A DNA stretch of 64,000 nucleotides from a bacterium (GTDB taxonomy: Bacteria > UBA8248 > JACPRG01 > G963555815), in the NCBI GenBank assembly GCA_963555815.3, contig CAUVWX020000001.1, forward strand, positions 1,312,001 through 1,376,000. Direction: 5' to 3'. Within the stretch, counting starts at the first letter, position 1; each line of letters opens with the position of its first letter. A program made the translations under genes and the position numbers. The notes beneath the pieces were generated by a model that saw nothing but the letters and a program-made list of their open reading frames with translations, was not told where the DNA came from and did not search any database. Below are positions 19,006-30,179 of the stretch, in pieces.

Positions 19006-20055
19006 ATGACGGCCGTGCTTCGCGTAGCGATTGTGGGGGCCACGGGTTACGCGGGGGCAGAACTGCTGCGCCTCCTCCTGGGGCATCCCGATGTGGAGGT
19101 GACGCATCTGACCTCTGAGACCTTCTCAGGCCAGAGCGCCGCAGGGGTCTTTCCCGCCCTCAGGGGTCGCCTCAACCTTCGCCTGGAGGCCTTTGAGACG
19201 AAGGCGGTGGCCCAGGCGGCGGATTTCATTTTTACGGCCCTTCCCCCCCAGAAAGCCATGGCGGTTATCCCGAATTTCCTGAAGGCGGGCCGGCGAGTAG
19301 TGGACCTTAGCGCGGATTACCGGCTCAAAGACCCCGCCGTGTACGCAGAATGGTACGGCGCAAAACATACGAGCGCGGATCTTTTGGCCGAAGCCGTGTA
19401 CGGCCTTCCAGAATTTTATCGGGAGGACATTCGAAAGGCCCGTCTTGTGGCCAATCCAGGCTGCTATCCAACTGGGGGTATCCTGGCCCTGGGGCCTCTC
19501 CTAGAAGCGCGCCTCCTTGACCCGAGCAGTCTCGTCGTCGATGCCAAGTCCGGTGTGTCGGGGGCCGGTCGGCGGGTGGAGCTCCCCTACCAATTCTCTG
19601 AGGTCAACGAGAGCCTCCGTGCCTACGGTCTGCCCCGCCACCGCCACACTCCGGAGATGGAGCAGGAGCTCGGCCGCCTTGCGGGAGATCCCCTGAGCCT
19701 CACCTTTACGCCCCATCTTGTGCCCATGACGCGGGGGGTCCTGACCACCTGTTACGGGCAGGGGACGCGCTCCCTGGACGGAAAAGAGGTTAGGGGGGTC
19801 CTTGAGGCTGCATATCAGGAAGAACCGTTTGTGTGCCTCTCGCCGGAAGGGGAGTACCCGACGACGGGCCAGGTCTGGGGTTCCAATCATGTCGGTCTGG
19901 CAGTCCAGGTAGACACCCGAACCAACAGGGTGATCGTGATCAGCGTCTTGGACAATCTGGTGAAGGGGGCTGCCGGAGCCGCCATCCAGAATATGAACCT
20001 GATGGCTGGCTTTCCAGAAACGCGGGGCCTAGAGGGCCTCGGCATCCCCGTTTGA
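19006..20055 (+). CDS. argC: N-acetyl-gamma-glutamyl-phosphate reductase
   Basis: GATGYAG, DLSADYRL, ANPGCYPT, SGVSGAG, DNLVKGAAG. Confidence 0.96.
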   Translation: MTAVLRVAIVGATGYAGAELLRLLLGHPDVEVTHLTSETFSGQSAAGVFPALRGRLNLRLEAFETKAVAQAADFIFTALPPQKAMAVIPNFLKAGRRVVDLSADYRLKDPAVYAEWYGAKHTSADLLAEAVYGLPEFYREDIRKARLVANPGCYPTGGILALGPLLEARLLDPSSLVVDAKSGVSGAGRRVELPYQFSEVNESLRAYGLPRHRHTPEMEQELGRLAGDPLSLTFTPHLVPMTRGVLTTCYGQGTRSLDGKEVRGVLEAAYQEEPFVCLSPEGEYPTTGQVWGSNHVGLAVQVDTRTNRVIVISVLDNLVKGAAGAAIQNMNLMAGFPETRGLEGLGIPV

Positions 20056-20061
20056 GAAGGG

Positions 20062-21264
20062 ATGAGGGTGAAAAAAGAAGGCCTGCTGGGGGGGGTCACC
20101 TTCCCAAGAGATTTCACGGCCGCCGGGGTGCGCTGCGGGCTCAAAGAGAAGGGGCGTGATCTTGCCCTCATCTTCTCCAAGCGTGAGGCGACCGCGGCGG
20201 GGGTTTTTACCGTGAATCAAATGGTCGCTGCCCCGGTAACGCTTTGCCGGCAGCGGATGAGAGGGGGAAAGGCCCGCGCTATCGTCATCAATAGCGGAGT
20301 GGCCAACGCCTGTACCGGTCCTCAGGGGGAGAAGGACGCCAAAATTATGGCCGCCCGAACGGCCGAGGCATTGGGTGTTCAGGAAGAGGAGGTCCTGGTC
20401 GCTTCAACAGGGGTGATCGGGGACCCTCTGCCTATGACCAAAATCCTGGCCGGGATCCCCGAGGTCGCCGCCGCCCTGGGCCCTGAGGGGGGCACCCAGG
20501 CCGCCGAGGCCATCATGACGACCGACACGGTCCCCAAGATGTCGGCCCTGGAGTGCGAGCTGCCCAAAGGGGTTGTGCGAATTGGAGGGATGGCCAAGGG
20601 GGCGGGAATGATCCAGCCCCGGCTGGCCACCATGCTCGCCTTCCTCACCACGGATGCCTCTGTCCCATCCGCCCTTCTTCAGAGTTGCCTGAAGGCGGCG
20701 GCCCAGAAATCTTTCAACCGCATCACAGTGGATGGGGACACCAGTACCAACGATAGCGTCATCCTCCTTGCCAACGGGGCCTCTGGATACCCTGTAGAGG
20801 ACTCGGGCCGAGCGGCCTTCCAGGAGGCCCTCGATCAGGTGTGTGGAGACCTCGCCCGGGCCATTGTCCGAGACGGGGAGGGGGCGACCAAGTTCGTGAC
20901 GGTCCGGGTCCTTGGGGCCGCCACATCTGAAGGGGCCTATCAGGTGGCCGCCTCGGTGGCCAATTCTAATCTGGTTAAGGCCAGTCTCTTCGGCGGCGAC
21001 CCGAATTGGGGGCGAATTCTGTCGGCTGTCGGAAATGCCGGCGTAGAGGTTCGGCCCGAAAAGATAGGGTTTCAGATTGGGGAGACGGAGATTGTCCGCC
21101 AGGGGACAGCAGTGGTGGGGGGAAGAGACCGGATGAGAGAGGCCCTGGGGGCGGAAGATCTCCTCCTGACCATCGATCTGGGAATCGGTGAAGCGTCTGC
21201 CACTATGTGGACGACCGATCTGAGCTATGAATATGTCAGGATTAATTCAGCCTATCTCACCTGA
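20062..21264 (+). CDS. argJ: glutamate N-acetyltransferase
   Basis: NSGVANACTG, STGVIG, IMTTDT, KGAGMI..LATML, DTSTND, DGEGATK. Confidence 0.96.
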   Translation: MRVKKEGLLGGVTFPRDFTAAGVRCGLKEKGRDLALIFSKREATAAGVFTVNQMVAAPVTLCRQRMRGGKARAIVINSGVANACTGPQGEKDAKIMAARTAEALGVQEEEVLVASTGVIGDPLPMTKILAGIPEVAAALGPEGGTQAAEAIMTTDTVPKMSALECELPKGVVRIGGMAKGAGMIQPRLATMLAFLTTDASVPSALLQSCLKAAAQKSFNRITVDGDTSTNDSVILLANGASGYPVEDSGRAAFQEALDQVCGDLARAIVRDGEGATKFVTVRVLGAATSEGAYQVAASVANSNLVKASLFGGDPNWGRILSAVGNAGVEVRPEKIGFQIGETEIVRQGTAVVGGRDRMREALGAEDLLLTIDLGIGEASATMWTTDLSYEYVRINSAYLT

Positions 21265-21387
21265 GAAGAAGGGGGATTTGGCAGTTGATAGGGCGACGTG
21301 GGAAGGCTATAATTAACCAGAAACGGGAATAGGCTGCTTAGGCTGCTCAAAAAGGGGGGCTTGTGTCCTCCAGGGAGGGAGAGAAGT

Positions 21388-22167
21388 TTGCCTTATGTGA
21401 CCATGAGACAACTCCTTGAGGCGGGTGCCCATTTTGGACACCAGACCAAGAGGTGGAACCCCAAGATGGGTCGCTACATCTTCGGGTCTCGAAACGGCAT
21501 CTATGTCATTGACCTTCAGCAGACCCTGGAGAGGTTGAAGGAGGCCTGCGGTTTCCTGCGGGACGTTACGGCCGCGGGCGAGATGGTCCTCTTTGTGGGG
21601 ACCAAGAAACAAGCCCAGGAGATCATCGCCGCGGAGGCAGCCCGATGCGAGATGCCCTATGTCACTAAGCGGTGGCTCGGGGGCCTCTTGACCAACTTTG
21701 TCACCTTGAAACGCCGGGTGGCCCGGCTGCGCGAGCTCGATGAGCGTAACGAGACGGAGCCCCGCGGGGGGATCACCAAGAAAGAGGGCATGCAGCTGGA
21801 GAAGGAGCGCCAGCGCTTGGACAAATATCTCGGCGGGATTCGCCAGATGGATCAGCATCCAGGCGCCCTCTTCATCGTGGACCCGCGAAAGGAGCGGATT
21901 GCCGTCAAGGAGGCCCGGAGATTGGGGATCAAGGTGGTGGCAGTGGTGGACACAAATTGTGACCCGGACGATGTGGATTACGTCCTGCCTGGAAATGACG
22001 ACGCCATCCGGTCCATTCGGCTCTTCGCGGTGACCGTGGCGGATGCCATCCTGGAGGGCAGGGCAGCCATCCAAGAGGAGAAGGATAGGGAAGAGAAGGA
22101 TAGGGAAGAGAAAGAGAAGGAATCTGGGGAGCCGGCTGAGGTGGTGTCAGGGGATCAAAAGAGTTAG
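21388..22167 (+). CDS. rpsB: 30S ribosomal protein S2
   Basis: [41 protein letters not shown] start after GGAGGA. Confidence 0.97.
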   Translation: MPYVTMRQLLEAGAHFGHQTKRWNPKMGRYIFGSRNGIYVIDLQQTLERLKEACGFLRDVTAAGEMVLFVGTKKQAQEIIAAEAARCEMPYVTKRWLGGLLTNFVTLKRRVARLRELDERNETEPRGGITKKEGMQLEKERQRLDKYLGGIRQMDQHPGALFIVDPRKERIAVKEARRLGIKVVAVVDTNCDPDDVDYVLPGNDDAIRSIRLFAVTVADAILEGRAAIQEEKDREEKDREEKEKESGEPAEVVSGDQKS

Positions 22168-22181
22168 TGAAGGGTGGGGTG

Positions 22182-22835
22182 ATGGAAGTTACGGCCGTTC
22201 AGGTAAAAACATTGCGACATCGCACCGGCGCCGGGGTGATGGATTGTAAGTGGGCTCTCCAGAAATCCGAAGGCGACGTGGAGCAGGCCATCGATCTCCT
22301 CCGTCAAAAAGGTCTTTCAGACGCCGCCAAGAAATCAGAAAGAGTCGCCACCGAGGGTCTTGTGGCCTCCTACATCCACCCCGGAGGAAAGGTGGGTGTG
22401 CTCCTGGAGGTAAACTGCGAAACAGACTTTGTCGCCAAGACGCCCCAATTTCAGGGGCTGGTCAAGGACATCGCCCTCCAGGTGGCTGCGAGTGCCCCCC
22501 TTGGTGTCCGCCAGGAAGACTTGGACCCCGAGGTCGTGGATCGCGAGCGGGGCATCTATCACGCCCAGACCCAGGAGACCGGAAAACCTGAGGCGGTCAT
22601 CTCCCGCATTGTCCAGGGAAGGCTAGATAAATTCTATCGGGAGTCAGTGCTCCTCGAGCAGGCCTTCGTCAAAGACCCGGACAAAAATGTGGAGACCTTG
22701 GTCAAGGAAAAGATCGCAGAGCTGGGCGAAAATATCTCCATTCGGCGTTTTGTCCGCTTTCAGCTGGGGGAGGGGATGGACAAGGCGCAGAAGGACTTCG
22801 CCGAAGAGGTAAAGGAACAACTGGGAAAGACCTGA
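22182..22835 (+). CDS. tsf: elongation factor Ts (short form)
   Basis: [35 protein letters not shown]. Confidence 0.96.
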   Translation: MEVTAVQVKTLRHRTGAGVMDCKWALQKSEGDVEQAIDLLRQKGLSDAAKKSERVATEGLVASYIHPGGKVGVLLEVNCETDFVAKTPQFQGLVKDIALQVAASAPLGVRQEDLDPEVVDRERGIYHAQTQETGKPEAVISRIVQGRLDKFYRESVLLEQAFVKDPDKNVETLVKEKIAELGENISIRRFVRFQLGEGMDKAQKDFAEEVKEQLGKT

Positions 22836-22858
22836 AAGGAGGCCGCCCGGGCGGGGAA

Positions 22859-23578
22859 ATGACTGCGAGTGTCTATAAACGGGTCCTTCTGAAGATTAGC
22901 GGAGAAGCCCTGATGGGCCCCCAGTCCTTTGGGATGGACCCTGAGGTGATGGCGACCATCGGCGCCGAGCTGACCGATGTAAAGGCCATGGGGGTGGAGG
23001 TCGCCATTGTCATCGGCGGAGGGAACATCTTCCGCGGCGCGACGGCAGCCGCCGCCGGCATGGACCGGGTCACGGCCGACTACATGGGCATGCTGGCCAC
23101 CGTGATGAACGCCCTTGCGCTTCAGGACGCCCTGGAGAAGGCGGGGCTCGTGACTCGGGTCCTTTCGGCCATTGCCATGCAGGAACTGGCCGAACCTTAC
23201 ATTCGCAGGAGGGCCATCCGACACCTGGAGAAAGACCGGGTGATCATTTTGGCGGGAGGGACAGGGAATCCATATTTCACGACGGACACGGCCGCCTCCC
23301 TTCGGGCCATGGAGATTGGGGCCGAGGTCATCATGAAGGCGACCAATGTGGATGGGGTTTACACCAGCGACCCGGAGTTGGATGCGGACGCAAAAAAGCT
23401 GCCGCGGGTTCGTTACCTGGACATCCTCGAACAGGGCCTTCAAGTCATGGATGCAACGGCCATCTCCCTCTGTATGGAAAACAACTTACCCATCGTCGTC
23501 TTCAACATCAAAACCCCGGGCAACATCAAGCGCATCCTTCAGGGTGAGATGGTAGGGTCCGTGGTAGGGGTGGACTGA
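22859..23578 (+). CDS. pyrH: UMP kinase
   Basis: [35 protein letters not shown]. Confidence 0.97.
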   Translation: MTASVYKRVLLKISGEALMGPQSFGMDPEVMATIGAELTDVKAMGVEVAIVIGGGNIFRGATAAAAGMDRVTADYMGMLATVMNALALQDALEKAGLVTRVLSAIAMQELAEPYIRRRAIRHLEKDRVIILAGGTGNPYFTTDTAASLRAMEIGAEVIMKATNVDGVYTSDPELDADAKKLPRVRYLDILEQGLQVMDATAISLCMENNLPIVVFNIKTPGNIKRILQGEMVGSVVGVD

Positions 23579-23581
23579 GAG

Positions 23582-24140
23582 GTGCCTGAGAAGGTCTTCC
23601 AAGAGACGGAAGGCCGGATGAAGAGCGCCATCAGCTCGCTCCAGAATGAGCTTGCGATCATCCGCCACAGGTCTGGCCTCACTGGCCCTGTTGGATGGGA
23701 TCGAGGTGGACTACTTTGGGACCCTCACCCTCCTCAAGCAGTTGGCGAGTGTGACCGTTCCTGAGAAACGGCTTCTTGCCGTCCAGCCCTGGGACAAATC
23801 TATAATCGGGTCCATCGAGAAGGCCATCCTTCGTTCTGACCTTGGCCTGAACCCGGTGAACGACGGCAAGATCATCCGGATCCCCATTCCCCCCCTTACG
23901 GAAGACCGCCGAAAGCAGCTCGCGAAGCTCGTCAAAAAGGCTGCCGAGAAATATCGGGTGTCCGTCCGCACGGCCCGACGTGAGGGCAACGAGGCCCTCA
24001 AGCGTTTGGAAAAGGAGAAGACCGTCGGAGAGGACGATCTCCACCGGGCCCAGGAGCGGCTTCAGAAACTCACGGATCAGTTCACCAAGCAGGTGGACAC
24101 CCTGTCGGACAAAAAAGAGAAGGAAGTAACGGAGGTCTGA
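23582..24140 (+). CDS. frr: ribosome recycling factor (apparent +1 frameshift at about 23666, probably sequencing error)
   Basis: N-part ...ELAIIR joins TGLASLALLD...NDGKIIRIPIPPLTEDRRK after removing one C from CGCCACA. Confidence 0.92.
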
Positions 24141-24149
24141 GGGCTTCCT

Positions 24150-24939
24150 TTGCCTGGACCAGAGGAGGGGTGGAGAGCCTTGCTGGGGGAAGAGTTGCGG
24201 GATCAGATTGACCCCACGAAGCTGCCGCACCACATCGCCATCATCATGGATGGCAACGGCAGGTGGGCCCGTCAGCGACGGCTTCCCCGGATCGCCGGGT
24301 CACCGGGAGGGGGTTCGGTCGGTAGACAAGGTGGTGACGGCCTGTCGCGAGATCGGAGTGTCCGCCCTCACCCTCTACGCCTTTTCGATGGAAAATTGGA
24401 ACCGCCCCCCCGCAGAAATCCGGGCCCTCTGGATCATCCTTCGTGAATACCTGAAAAGGGAACTTGAGCGTATGATGCGGGAGAATATCCGGTTCAACAC
24501 CATCGGCTGGACAGGAGACCTCCCCCCTTCTGCCCAGCAAGTCTTGGCCGAGATCAAGACCAAGACCGCCCGCAATGACAGGATGACCCTCACCCTCGCG
24601 CTGAGCTATGGCTCACGCCAAGAGATACTGCGGGCCGTACAGGCCCTGTGTGAGGCTGTAGAGAAGGGGGAGATAAGCCCGGAAGACGTTCCCCAGCGGT
24701 TCGAGGGTTTTTTGGATACGGCGGACCTCCCCGACCCAGATCTCCTCATCCGAACGAGCGGTGAGCGTCGGATCAGCAATTTTCTTCTCTGGCAGCTCGC
24801 CTATACAGAGCTCTATTTCACGGATGTGCTTTGGCCGGACTTCCGGGCCCCCGAGCTCTACCGGGCCATCCTGGACTACCAGAGTCGAGAGAGGCGGTTC
24901 GGGCTGACGCGGGAACAACTCGTTTCCCATAAGGGTTGA
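24150..24939 (+). CDS. uppS: undecaprenyl diphosphate synthase (apparent +1 frameshift at about 24299, probably sequencing error)
   Basis: [16 protein letters not shown] joins [31 protein letters not shown] after removing one G from GCCGGGTCAC. Confidence 0.93.
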
Positions 24940-25736
24940 CGGTGCGCCGAGTTGTCAGCGCCCTCGTCTTTCTGCCCTTCTTCATTCTCTTGGTGCGTTT
25001 TGGCTCCCCTGACCAGTTCGTCGTCTTTCTCTCTTTGGCGGTTGCCTGGGCGGCGTGGGAGTTCTTCCGTCTGATAGGACCGCCAGGGTTCCTGGGGCGG
25101 TGGGCCGGTGTCCTGGCCGCCGTGGGTTTGCTCTTGACCCTCTATCTCATCCCTCACCTCCCCCTCTCCCTGGCCCTTTGGGGGGTGGTCCTGGTATTCT
25201 TCTCCGCGGGACCGTGGCTACCCAAAGGGGTGTGGGCGGCCCTGAAGGGCTATCCGGCCCTTGTGGCCGGCGTCCTCCTTATAGGGGCCACCTTCGGGTC
25301 CCTCGCCCTTCTGCGGGACCTCGACTCGGGCTGGCGCCACGTCTTTTTCCTTTTTCTTGTCGTCTGGGGCGGGGACACGGCCGCTTATTACGTGGGCAGG
25401 AGCCTTGGAAGAAGGCCGCTGCTGTCTAAGGTCAGCCCCCAAAAGACCGTGGAGGGGGCAATGGGGGGACTCGCGGGGAGTTTAGTGGGGGCCCTGGTGG
25501 GGTGGGCGTGGTTCTTCCCCTTCTTCGGGTGGGGCCAAGCCGTGGTCGCAGGACTTCTGCTGGGGGCAGTGGGACAGCTCGGGGACTTGTCCGAGTCCGC
25601 CCTGAAGCGGGCGGCTGGGGCCAAAGACGCCGGGGTCTTGATCCCCGGCCATGGGGGCATTCTAGACCGGGCCGACGGGATCCTCTTCGCTGGACCGGTC
25701 TTCTACGCAGCTTTTCGTTGGTGGCAGATTGGCTGA
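24936..25736 (+). CDS. cdsA: phosphatidate cytidylyltransferase
   Basis: DTAAYYVG, SPQKTVEG, GDLSESALKR, IPGHGGILDRAD. Confidence 0.95.
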   Translation: MTVRRVVSALVFLPFFILLVRFGSPDQFVVFLSLAVAWAAWEFFRLIGPPGFLGRWAGVLAAVGLLLTLYLIPHLPLSLALWGVVLVFFSAGPWLPKGVWAALKGYPALVAGVLLIGATFGSLALLRDLDSGWRHVFFLFLVVWGGDTAAYYVGRSLGRRPLLSKVSPQKTVEGAMGGLAGSLVGALVGWAWFFPFFGWGQAVVAGLLLGAVGQLGDLSESALKRAAGAKDAGVLIPGHGGILDRADGILFAGPVFYAAFRWWQIG

Positions 25737-25753
25737 AATGGGAAAATCCTGAG

Positions 25754-26947
25754 ATGAACAGTGAGGCCTCTGAGGGTGTCCAGCGGATCGTCATTCTCGG
25801 CTCAACGGGCTCAATCGGCCTGAGCGCCCTCGACATCATCGCCCATCATCCTGGGGAATTGGAGGTTGTTGGGCTGGCGGCCCGAAGAAATGTGGATCGC
25901 CTGGAAGAGCAGGCCCGGGCCTTTCGGCCCCGCTACGTGGCCATCCAGGAGGAGGCCCAGGCCACGACCCTTCGTCAACGCCTGAGAGATCTGCCCGTTC
26001 AGGTGTGGGGGGGATCGGAGGGAGTGGAGCGGATCGCCCAGATTGAGGAGGCCGATCTGGTCCTCTCTGCCATCGAGGGTACCGCCGGGCTCCTTCCCAC
26101 ATTGGCGGCCATCCGCGCGGGGCGCGATGTCGCTCTTGCCAATAAGGAGCCCCTGGTGGCGGCGGGGAATCTGATCCTTGAGGCCGCCCGGGGGCGTGTC
26201 CGCATCATCCCCGTCGACAGCGAGCACAGCGCCATCTTTCAGGCCCTGGAGGGCCACCGCCACTCCCAGATTAAACGCATCCTCCTGACCGCCTCGGGAG
26301 GTCCATTTCGAGGGCGCACCCGGGAGGAGCTGGAGCGGGTCACCTCTGAGGAGGCCCTTCGTCACCCGGTCTGGGATATGGGCCCCAAGGTGACTATCGA
26401 CTCGGCCACCTTGATGAACAAGGGGCTTGAGGTCATCGAGGCCCACTGGCTCTTTGGGGTCCCTGCTGAGGCCATTGAGATCCTCGTGCATCCCCAGAGC
26501 ATCGTCCACTCCCTGGTGGAATTCGTGGATCAAACGATGCTGGCCCAGCTGGGACTTCCTGACATGCGGGCTCCCATCTCCTACGCCCTTTGCTATCCCA
26601 AAAGGATTCCCGCCCATTATCCCGCCCTGGACCTCACGGCGGTCGGTCAGCTGACCTTCTATCAACCCGATCATGCGTGCTTTCCCTGCCTATCCCTGGC
26701 GCGGGAGGCCCTCCGGGCGGGGGAGACCGTCCCGGCCGTCTTGAACGCCGCCAATGAGGTGGCTGTCAGCTCTTTCCTCAGGGGCGAGATCCGCTTCACC
26801 CAGATTCCAGAGCTCATCGAGGAGGTCATCAGTGCCCATCGCCCAGAGGCGGCGACGGACCTGGAAGTCATCCTATCTGCGGACCGTTGGGCCCGCGCCG
26901 AGGCGGGTGCGCTTGTGGACTCGTGGAACGGTGCCCCCTCTGGTTAA
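25754..26947 (+). CDS. dxr: 1-deoxy-D-xylulose-5-phosphate reductoisomerase
   Basis: LGSTGSIG, LANKE, PVDSEH, LTASGGPF, HPVWDMGPKVTIDSATLMNKGLE, NAANE. Confidence 0.96.
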   Translation: MNSEASEGVQRIVILGSTGSIGLSALDIIAHHPGELEVVGLAARRNVDRLEEQARAFRPRYVAIQEEAQATTLRQRLRDLPVQVWGGSEGVERIAQIEEADLVLSAIEGTAGLLPTLAAIRAGRDVALANKEPLVAAGNLILEAARGRVRIIPVDSEHSAIFQALEGHRHSQIKRILLTASGGPFRGRTREELERVTSEEALRHPVWDMGPKVTIDSATLMNKGLEVIEAHWLFGVPAEAIEILVHPQSIVHSLVEFVDQTMLAQLGLPDMRAPISYALCYPKRIPAHYPALDLTAVGQLTFYQPDHACFPCLSLAREALRAGETVPAVLNAANEVAVSSFLRGEIRFTQIPELIEEVISAHRPEAATDLEVILSADRWARAEAGALVDSWNGAPSG

Positions 26948-27411
26948 GCGAAGGTCCACCTTCGGCCGTGCGCTGGCTTTGGGGATCTCGACCGGGGCGG
27001 GCGTAGGCTTCATCCCTCGAGTTCCGGGGTCTGCGGGGAGCCTGCTTGGCCTCGGCATTTATATATGGGTCCCCGTCCTTCGCCCCCTCACCTACCTTGC
27101 GGCCGTCCTGGGCAGCTTTTTCATCGGGGTGGTGCTGACAGGCTGGGCCGAGGAGGCCGGTGGTAAGCGGGACGACCCTCGAATTGTCCTGGACGAAGTG
27201 GTGGGGATGTGGGTCGCTCTCTACGCCCTTCCTCGGACCTTTCCCTATCTTCTCTTGGCTTTTCTCTTCTTCCGCGTCTTCGATATCTGGAAGCCCTTCG
27301 GGGAACCGGGCCGAAGGGGTTTGGGCATTATGGTGGATGATCTCATGGCGGGGGTCTGCGCGAACGTCTTCGTCCGGGTGGTGATGTGGCTGGGGCGGGG
27401 CCTTGTTTTGA
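26931..27411 (+). CDS. pgpA: phosphatidylglycerophosphatase A (in the sequence as given it reads in frame into pncC)
   Basis: PGSAGS, DDPRIVLDEVVGM, FRVFDIWKP, GIMVDDLMAG; deleting one G near 27400 gives TGA at 27409-27411. Confidence 0.85.
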
Positions 27412-27413
27412 CG

Positions 27414-27890
27414 ATGGAGGAGAAGATAGGCCACCTCCTTCGGGAACGGGAGTTGACCCTGGCGACGGCAGAATCCTGCACCGGGGGCGGACTCGGAGAG
27501 CGCATCACCCGGGTCCCTGGGAGCTCCACCTACTTTCTGGGGGGGATCGTGGCTTACCGCGACTCCGTCAAGCAGGGCCAACTTCGGGTTTCCCCTGAGA
27601 TATTGAAGCGGTACGGCGCTGTCAGTGAGTCGGTGGCCCTCCAGATGGCAGGGGGTGTTCGGCGAGCCCTTCGGGCTCGCCTTGGCCTCGCTGTGACAGG
27701 GATCGCCGGCCCCTCGGGCGGGACGACAGAAAAACCTGTTGGGACTGTTTTCATCGCCCTCGCAACGCCGACGGGCTCTCATGCCCGCGGTTGCCACTTC
27801 TCGGGAGATCGACAGGAAGTTCGAGAGAGATCGGTGACGACCGCCCTTGAAATCCTTCTCGATTATCTCCAAGAAGAGAGGGCCAAGTGA
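27414..27890 (+). CDS. pncC: CinA C-terminal domain / NMN deamidase (PncC)
   Basis: AESCTGG, PGSSTYF, GAVSE..A.QMA, TGIAGPSGG..KPVGTV. Confidence 0.9.
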   Translation: MEEKIGHLLRERELTLATAESCTGGGLGERITRVPGSSTYFLGGIVAYRDSVKQGQLRVSPEILKRYGAVSESVALQMAGGVRRALRARLGLAVTGIAGPSGGTTEKPVGTVFIALATPTGSHARGCHFSGDRQEVRERSVTTALEILLDYLQEERAK

Positions 27891-28504
27891 GCGAGACCAC
27901 ACGGTGTTTCGTTGCCGCCCCTCTCACGCCGGAGATCCGAGAAAAGACGCGGGTTCTTCAAGAGAAGCTCAAAGGGCTGGAAGGGGTCAGGTGGGTAGAC
28001 CCCGATCAGATCCACCTGACACTGAAATTCCTGGGGGATGTGACCGTGGAAGATGTCCCTTATGTGGCGGAACAGCTGGACATCGTGGCCACGGGGAGCT
28101 GGCCCAGCAGCCTCCTGCTTTGCCGCCTGGGGGTCTTTCCCAACGCCAAAAGCCCGAAGGTCCTCTGGTGGGGACCTGAGTTTGACTCCGTTCCCGAGGA
28201 GCTGAATGCCCTTCACTTCCATCTGGAGGGCGCCCTTCAGATGCTTGGTTTTCCAAACGAATCGAGGGCCTTCCGTCCTCACTTGACCCTTGGCCGGATA
28301 AAGGGGGCCGTAAACCCCATCGCTCTGGCTGAAGGTCTGCGGCAACCTGAAGAACTCTTGAGCGGAACCCTCCCTATCGGGGAAATCCATCTGATGGAGA
28401 GCCAGTTGAGCCCCACCGGGGCCTCCTACTCCTCGCTGGCCAGGCTCAGCTTGGAGGATGACCGGGTTTCGCCCGGCGACAGAAGGCCAACAGATTCCCC
28501 TTGA
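27887..28504 (+). CDS. thpR: RNA 2',3'-cyclic phosphodiesterase (2H family)
   Basis: Two HxT motifs (IHLTLKFLG, PHLTLGR); typical position between cinA and recA. Confidence 0.92.
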   Translation: MSETTRCFVAAPLTPEIREKTRVLQEKLKGLEGVRWVDPDQIHLTLKFLGDVTVEDVPYVAEQLDIVATGSWPSSLLLCRLGVFPNAKSPKVLWWGPEFDSVPEELNALHFHLEGALQMLGFPNESRAFRPHLTLGRIKGAVNPIALAEGLRQPEELLSGTLPIGEIHLMESQLSPTGASYSSLARLSLEDDRVSPGDRRPTDSP

Positions 28505-28549
28505 AAAAGGGCACAAGGATTTTCTAGAGTGGAGAAAAAAGGAGGACGG

Positions 28550-29620
28550 ATGGAGACCGTCAGTCACGAGAATCGCGAGAGTCGAGAAAATCGAGAAAAG
28601 GCCTTAAGTCTCGTTTTTTCCCATGTCGAGCGCCAGTTTGGGAAAGGCGCGATCATGCGCCTTGGGGACGAGGGGTCCTTGGCCGCAGTGCCCATCATCT
28701 CCACGAGCTCTCTCTCCTTGGATGCGGCCATTGGGATTGGAGGGGTTCCTCGAGGCCGGGTGGTGGAGATTTTTGGTCCCGAGTCGTCGGGGAAGACCAC
28801 CCTTGCCCTTCACATCATCGCCGAGGCCCAGCGGGACGGAGGCATCGCCGCCTTCATCGATGCTGAGCACGCCCTAGACCCTATCTATGCGAGCAAGCTG
28901 GGCGTCCAGACCGACGACCTGGTCATCAGCCAGCCTGACACAGGGGAAGAGGCCCTGGAGATTGCCGAAGTCCTCGTCCGAAGTGGCGCCATCGATGTGG
29001 TGGTTATCGACTCGGTGGCGGCCTTGGTGCCAAAGGCCGAGCTCGCCGGGGAGATGGGGGACGCCCACATGGGGCTTCAGGCGCGGCTGATGTCCCAGGC
29101 CCTCCGAAAACTCTCGGGCGTTATCAGCAAGTCCCGGACCTGTTTCATCTTCATCAACCAGATTCGCCATAAGATCGGGGTGATGTTCGGAAATCCGGAG
29201 ACCACCGCCGGGGGGAACGCCCTAAAATTCTACGCCTCGGTGCGCCTCGATATCCGACGCATCGCCGCCATCAAGGAGGGATCGGAGATAGTGGGGAACC
29301 GGGCCCGTGTCCGGGTCGTGAAGAACAAGCTCGCCCCGCCTTTCCGACAGGCCGAGTTTGACATCATCTACTCGAAGGGGATCTCGCGGATCGGCGACCT
29401 CCTCGACCTCGCCTCAGAGATGAACCTGATAAAGAAGAGTGGGGCTTGGTACGCTTATAAAGATGAGCGGATCGGCCAGGGCCGAGAGAACGCCCGAAAA
29501 TTCCTCGAAGAGCATAAGGATGTGGCCCAGGATCTGGAAGTCCTTGTCAAGGAAGCCCTGAAAGTCGGGGGCAAGCCACCCTCCAAACCCCCCGCCAGCG
29601 CCCCACAAAAGAAACCCTGA
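28550..29620 (+). CDS. recA: recombinase A
   Basis: [40 protein letters not shown]. Confidence 0.98.
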   Translation: METVSHENRESRENREKALSLVFSHVERQFGKGAIMRLGDEGSLAAVPIISTSSLSLDAAIGIGGVPRGRVVEIFGPESSGKTTLALHIIAEAQRDGGIAAFIDAEHALDPIYASKLGVQTDDLVISQPDTGEEALEIAEVLVRSGAIDVVVIDSVAALVPKAELAGEMGDAHMGLQARLMSQALRKLSGVISKSRTCFIFINQIRHKIGVMFGNPETTAGGNALKFYASVRLDIRRIAAIKEGSEIVGNRARVRVVKNKLAPPFRQAEFDIIYSKGISRIGDLLDLASEMNLIKKSGAWYAYKDERIGQGRENARKFLEEHKDVAQDLEVLVKEALKVGGKPPSKPPASAPQKKP

Positions 29621-29632
29621 CAGGGCCCCCCA

Positions 29633-30145
29633 ATGGGCCGCCGCGGCAAAGGATCTCCCCTTCTTACCCCCCTTGAAGCCGCGAAGGAAGACGCCTACCG
29701 GCTCCTCGCCCGACGCCCCCGGACCCGGTGGGAGATGGAGCGCTACCTCAAGTCTCGCGCCTATCAGGAGGGCACGGTCCAGGAGATCCTCGATCTCCTC
29801 TCGGGTCTGAACTACCTCAACGACGAGGCCTTTGCCAGGGAGTGGGGTCGCTATCGCTTAGAGACAAGACCCATGGGTGAGCGAGGGTTGAGAAGGGAGC
29901 TCAGAGGGAAGGGTGTTGCCCTAAATGTAATCGATGCCACATTACGCGAGCTCTTCAGCGAGGTGGACGAGGGCGGCCTTGCCCGCCGCTTAGCCGAGCA
30001 GAAGGCGCAAAGAGGGCAAGAGGTCTCCCCCGTTGTGGCCCGCCGAAGGGTCCGGGACTTCCTCCTCAGGCGGGGCTTTTCGTTTGAGGCCACAAACGAT
30101 GCCCTTCGCCACGTCTTTGGCTCCGACCAGGGGTCCGAGACATGA
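29633..30145 (+). CDS. recX: regulatory protein RecX
   Basis: AYRLLARR, YLNDEAFA, ELRGKGV, LLRRGF; directly after recA. Confidence 0.92.
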   Translation: MGRRGKGSPLLTPLEAAKEDAYRLLARRPRTRWEMERYLKSRAYQEGTVQEILDLLSGLNYLNDEAFAREWGRYRLETRPMGERGLRRELRGKGVALNVIDATLRELFSEVDEGGLARRLAEQKAQRGQEVSPVVARRRVRDFLLRRGFSFEATNDALRHVFGSDQGSET

Positions 30146-30179
30146 GGGGTTTGCCCTTTGACGAAGGGGAGGGTTGCCC

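Noticed and set aside
22075..22115. 15-bp repeat in the rpsB tail (EEKDR x2)
   Set aside because: Low-complexity S2 C-terminal tails are common.
23582..24939. frr and uppS as pseudogenes or programmed frameshifts
   Set aside because: Normally essential genes, no slippery heptamer, and the same +1 pattern recurs across the window; sequencing error is more parsimonious.
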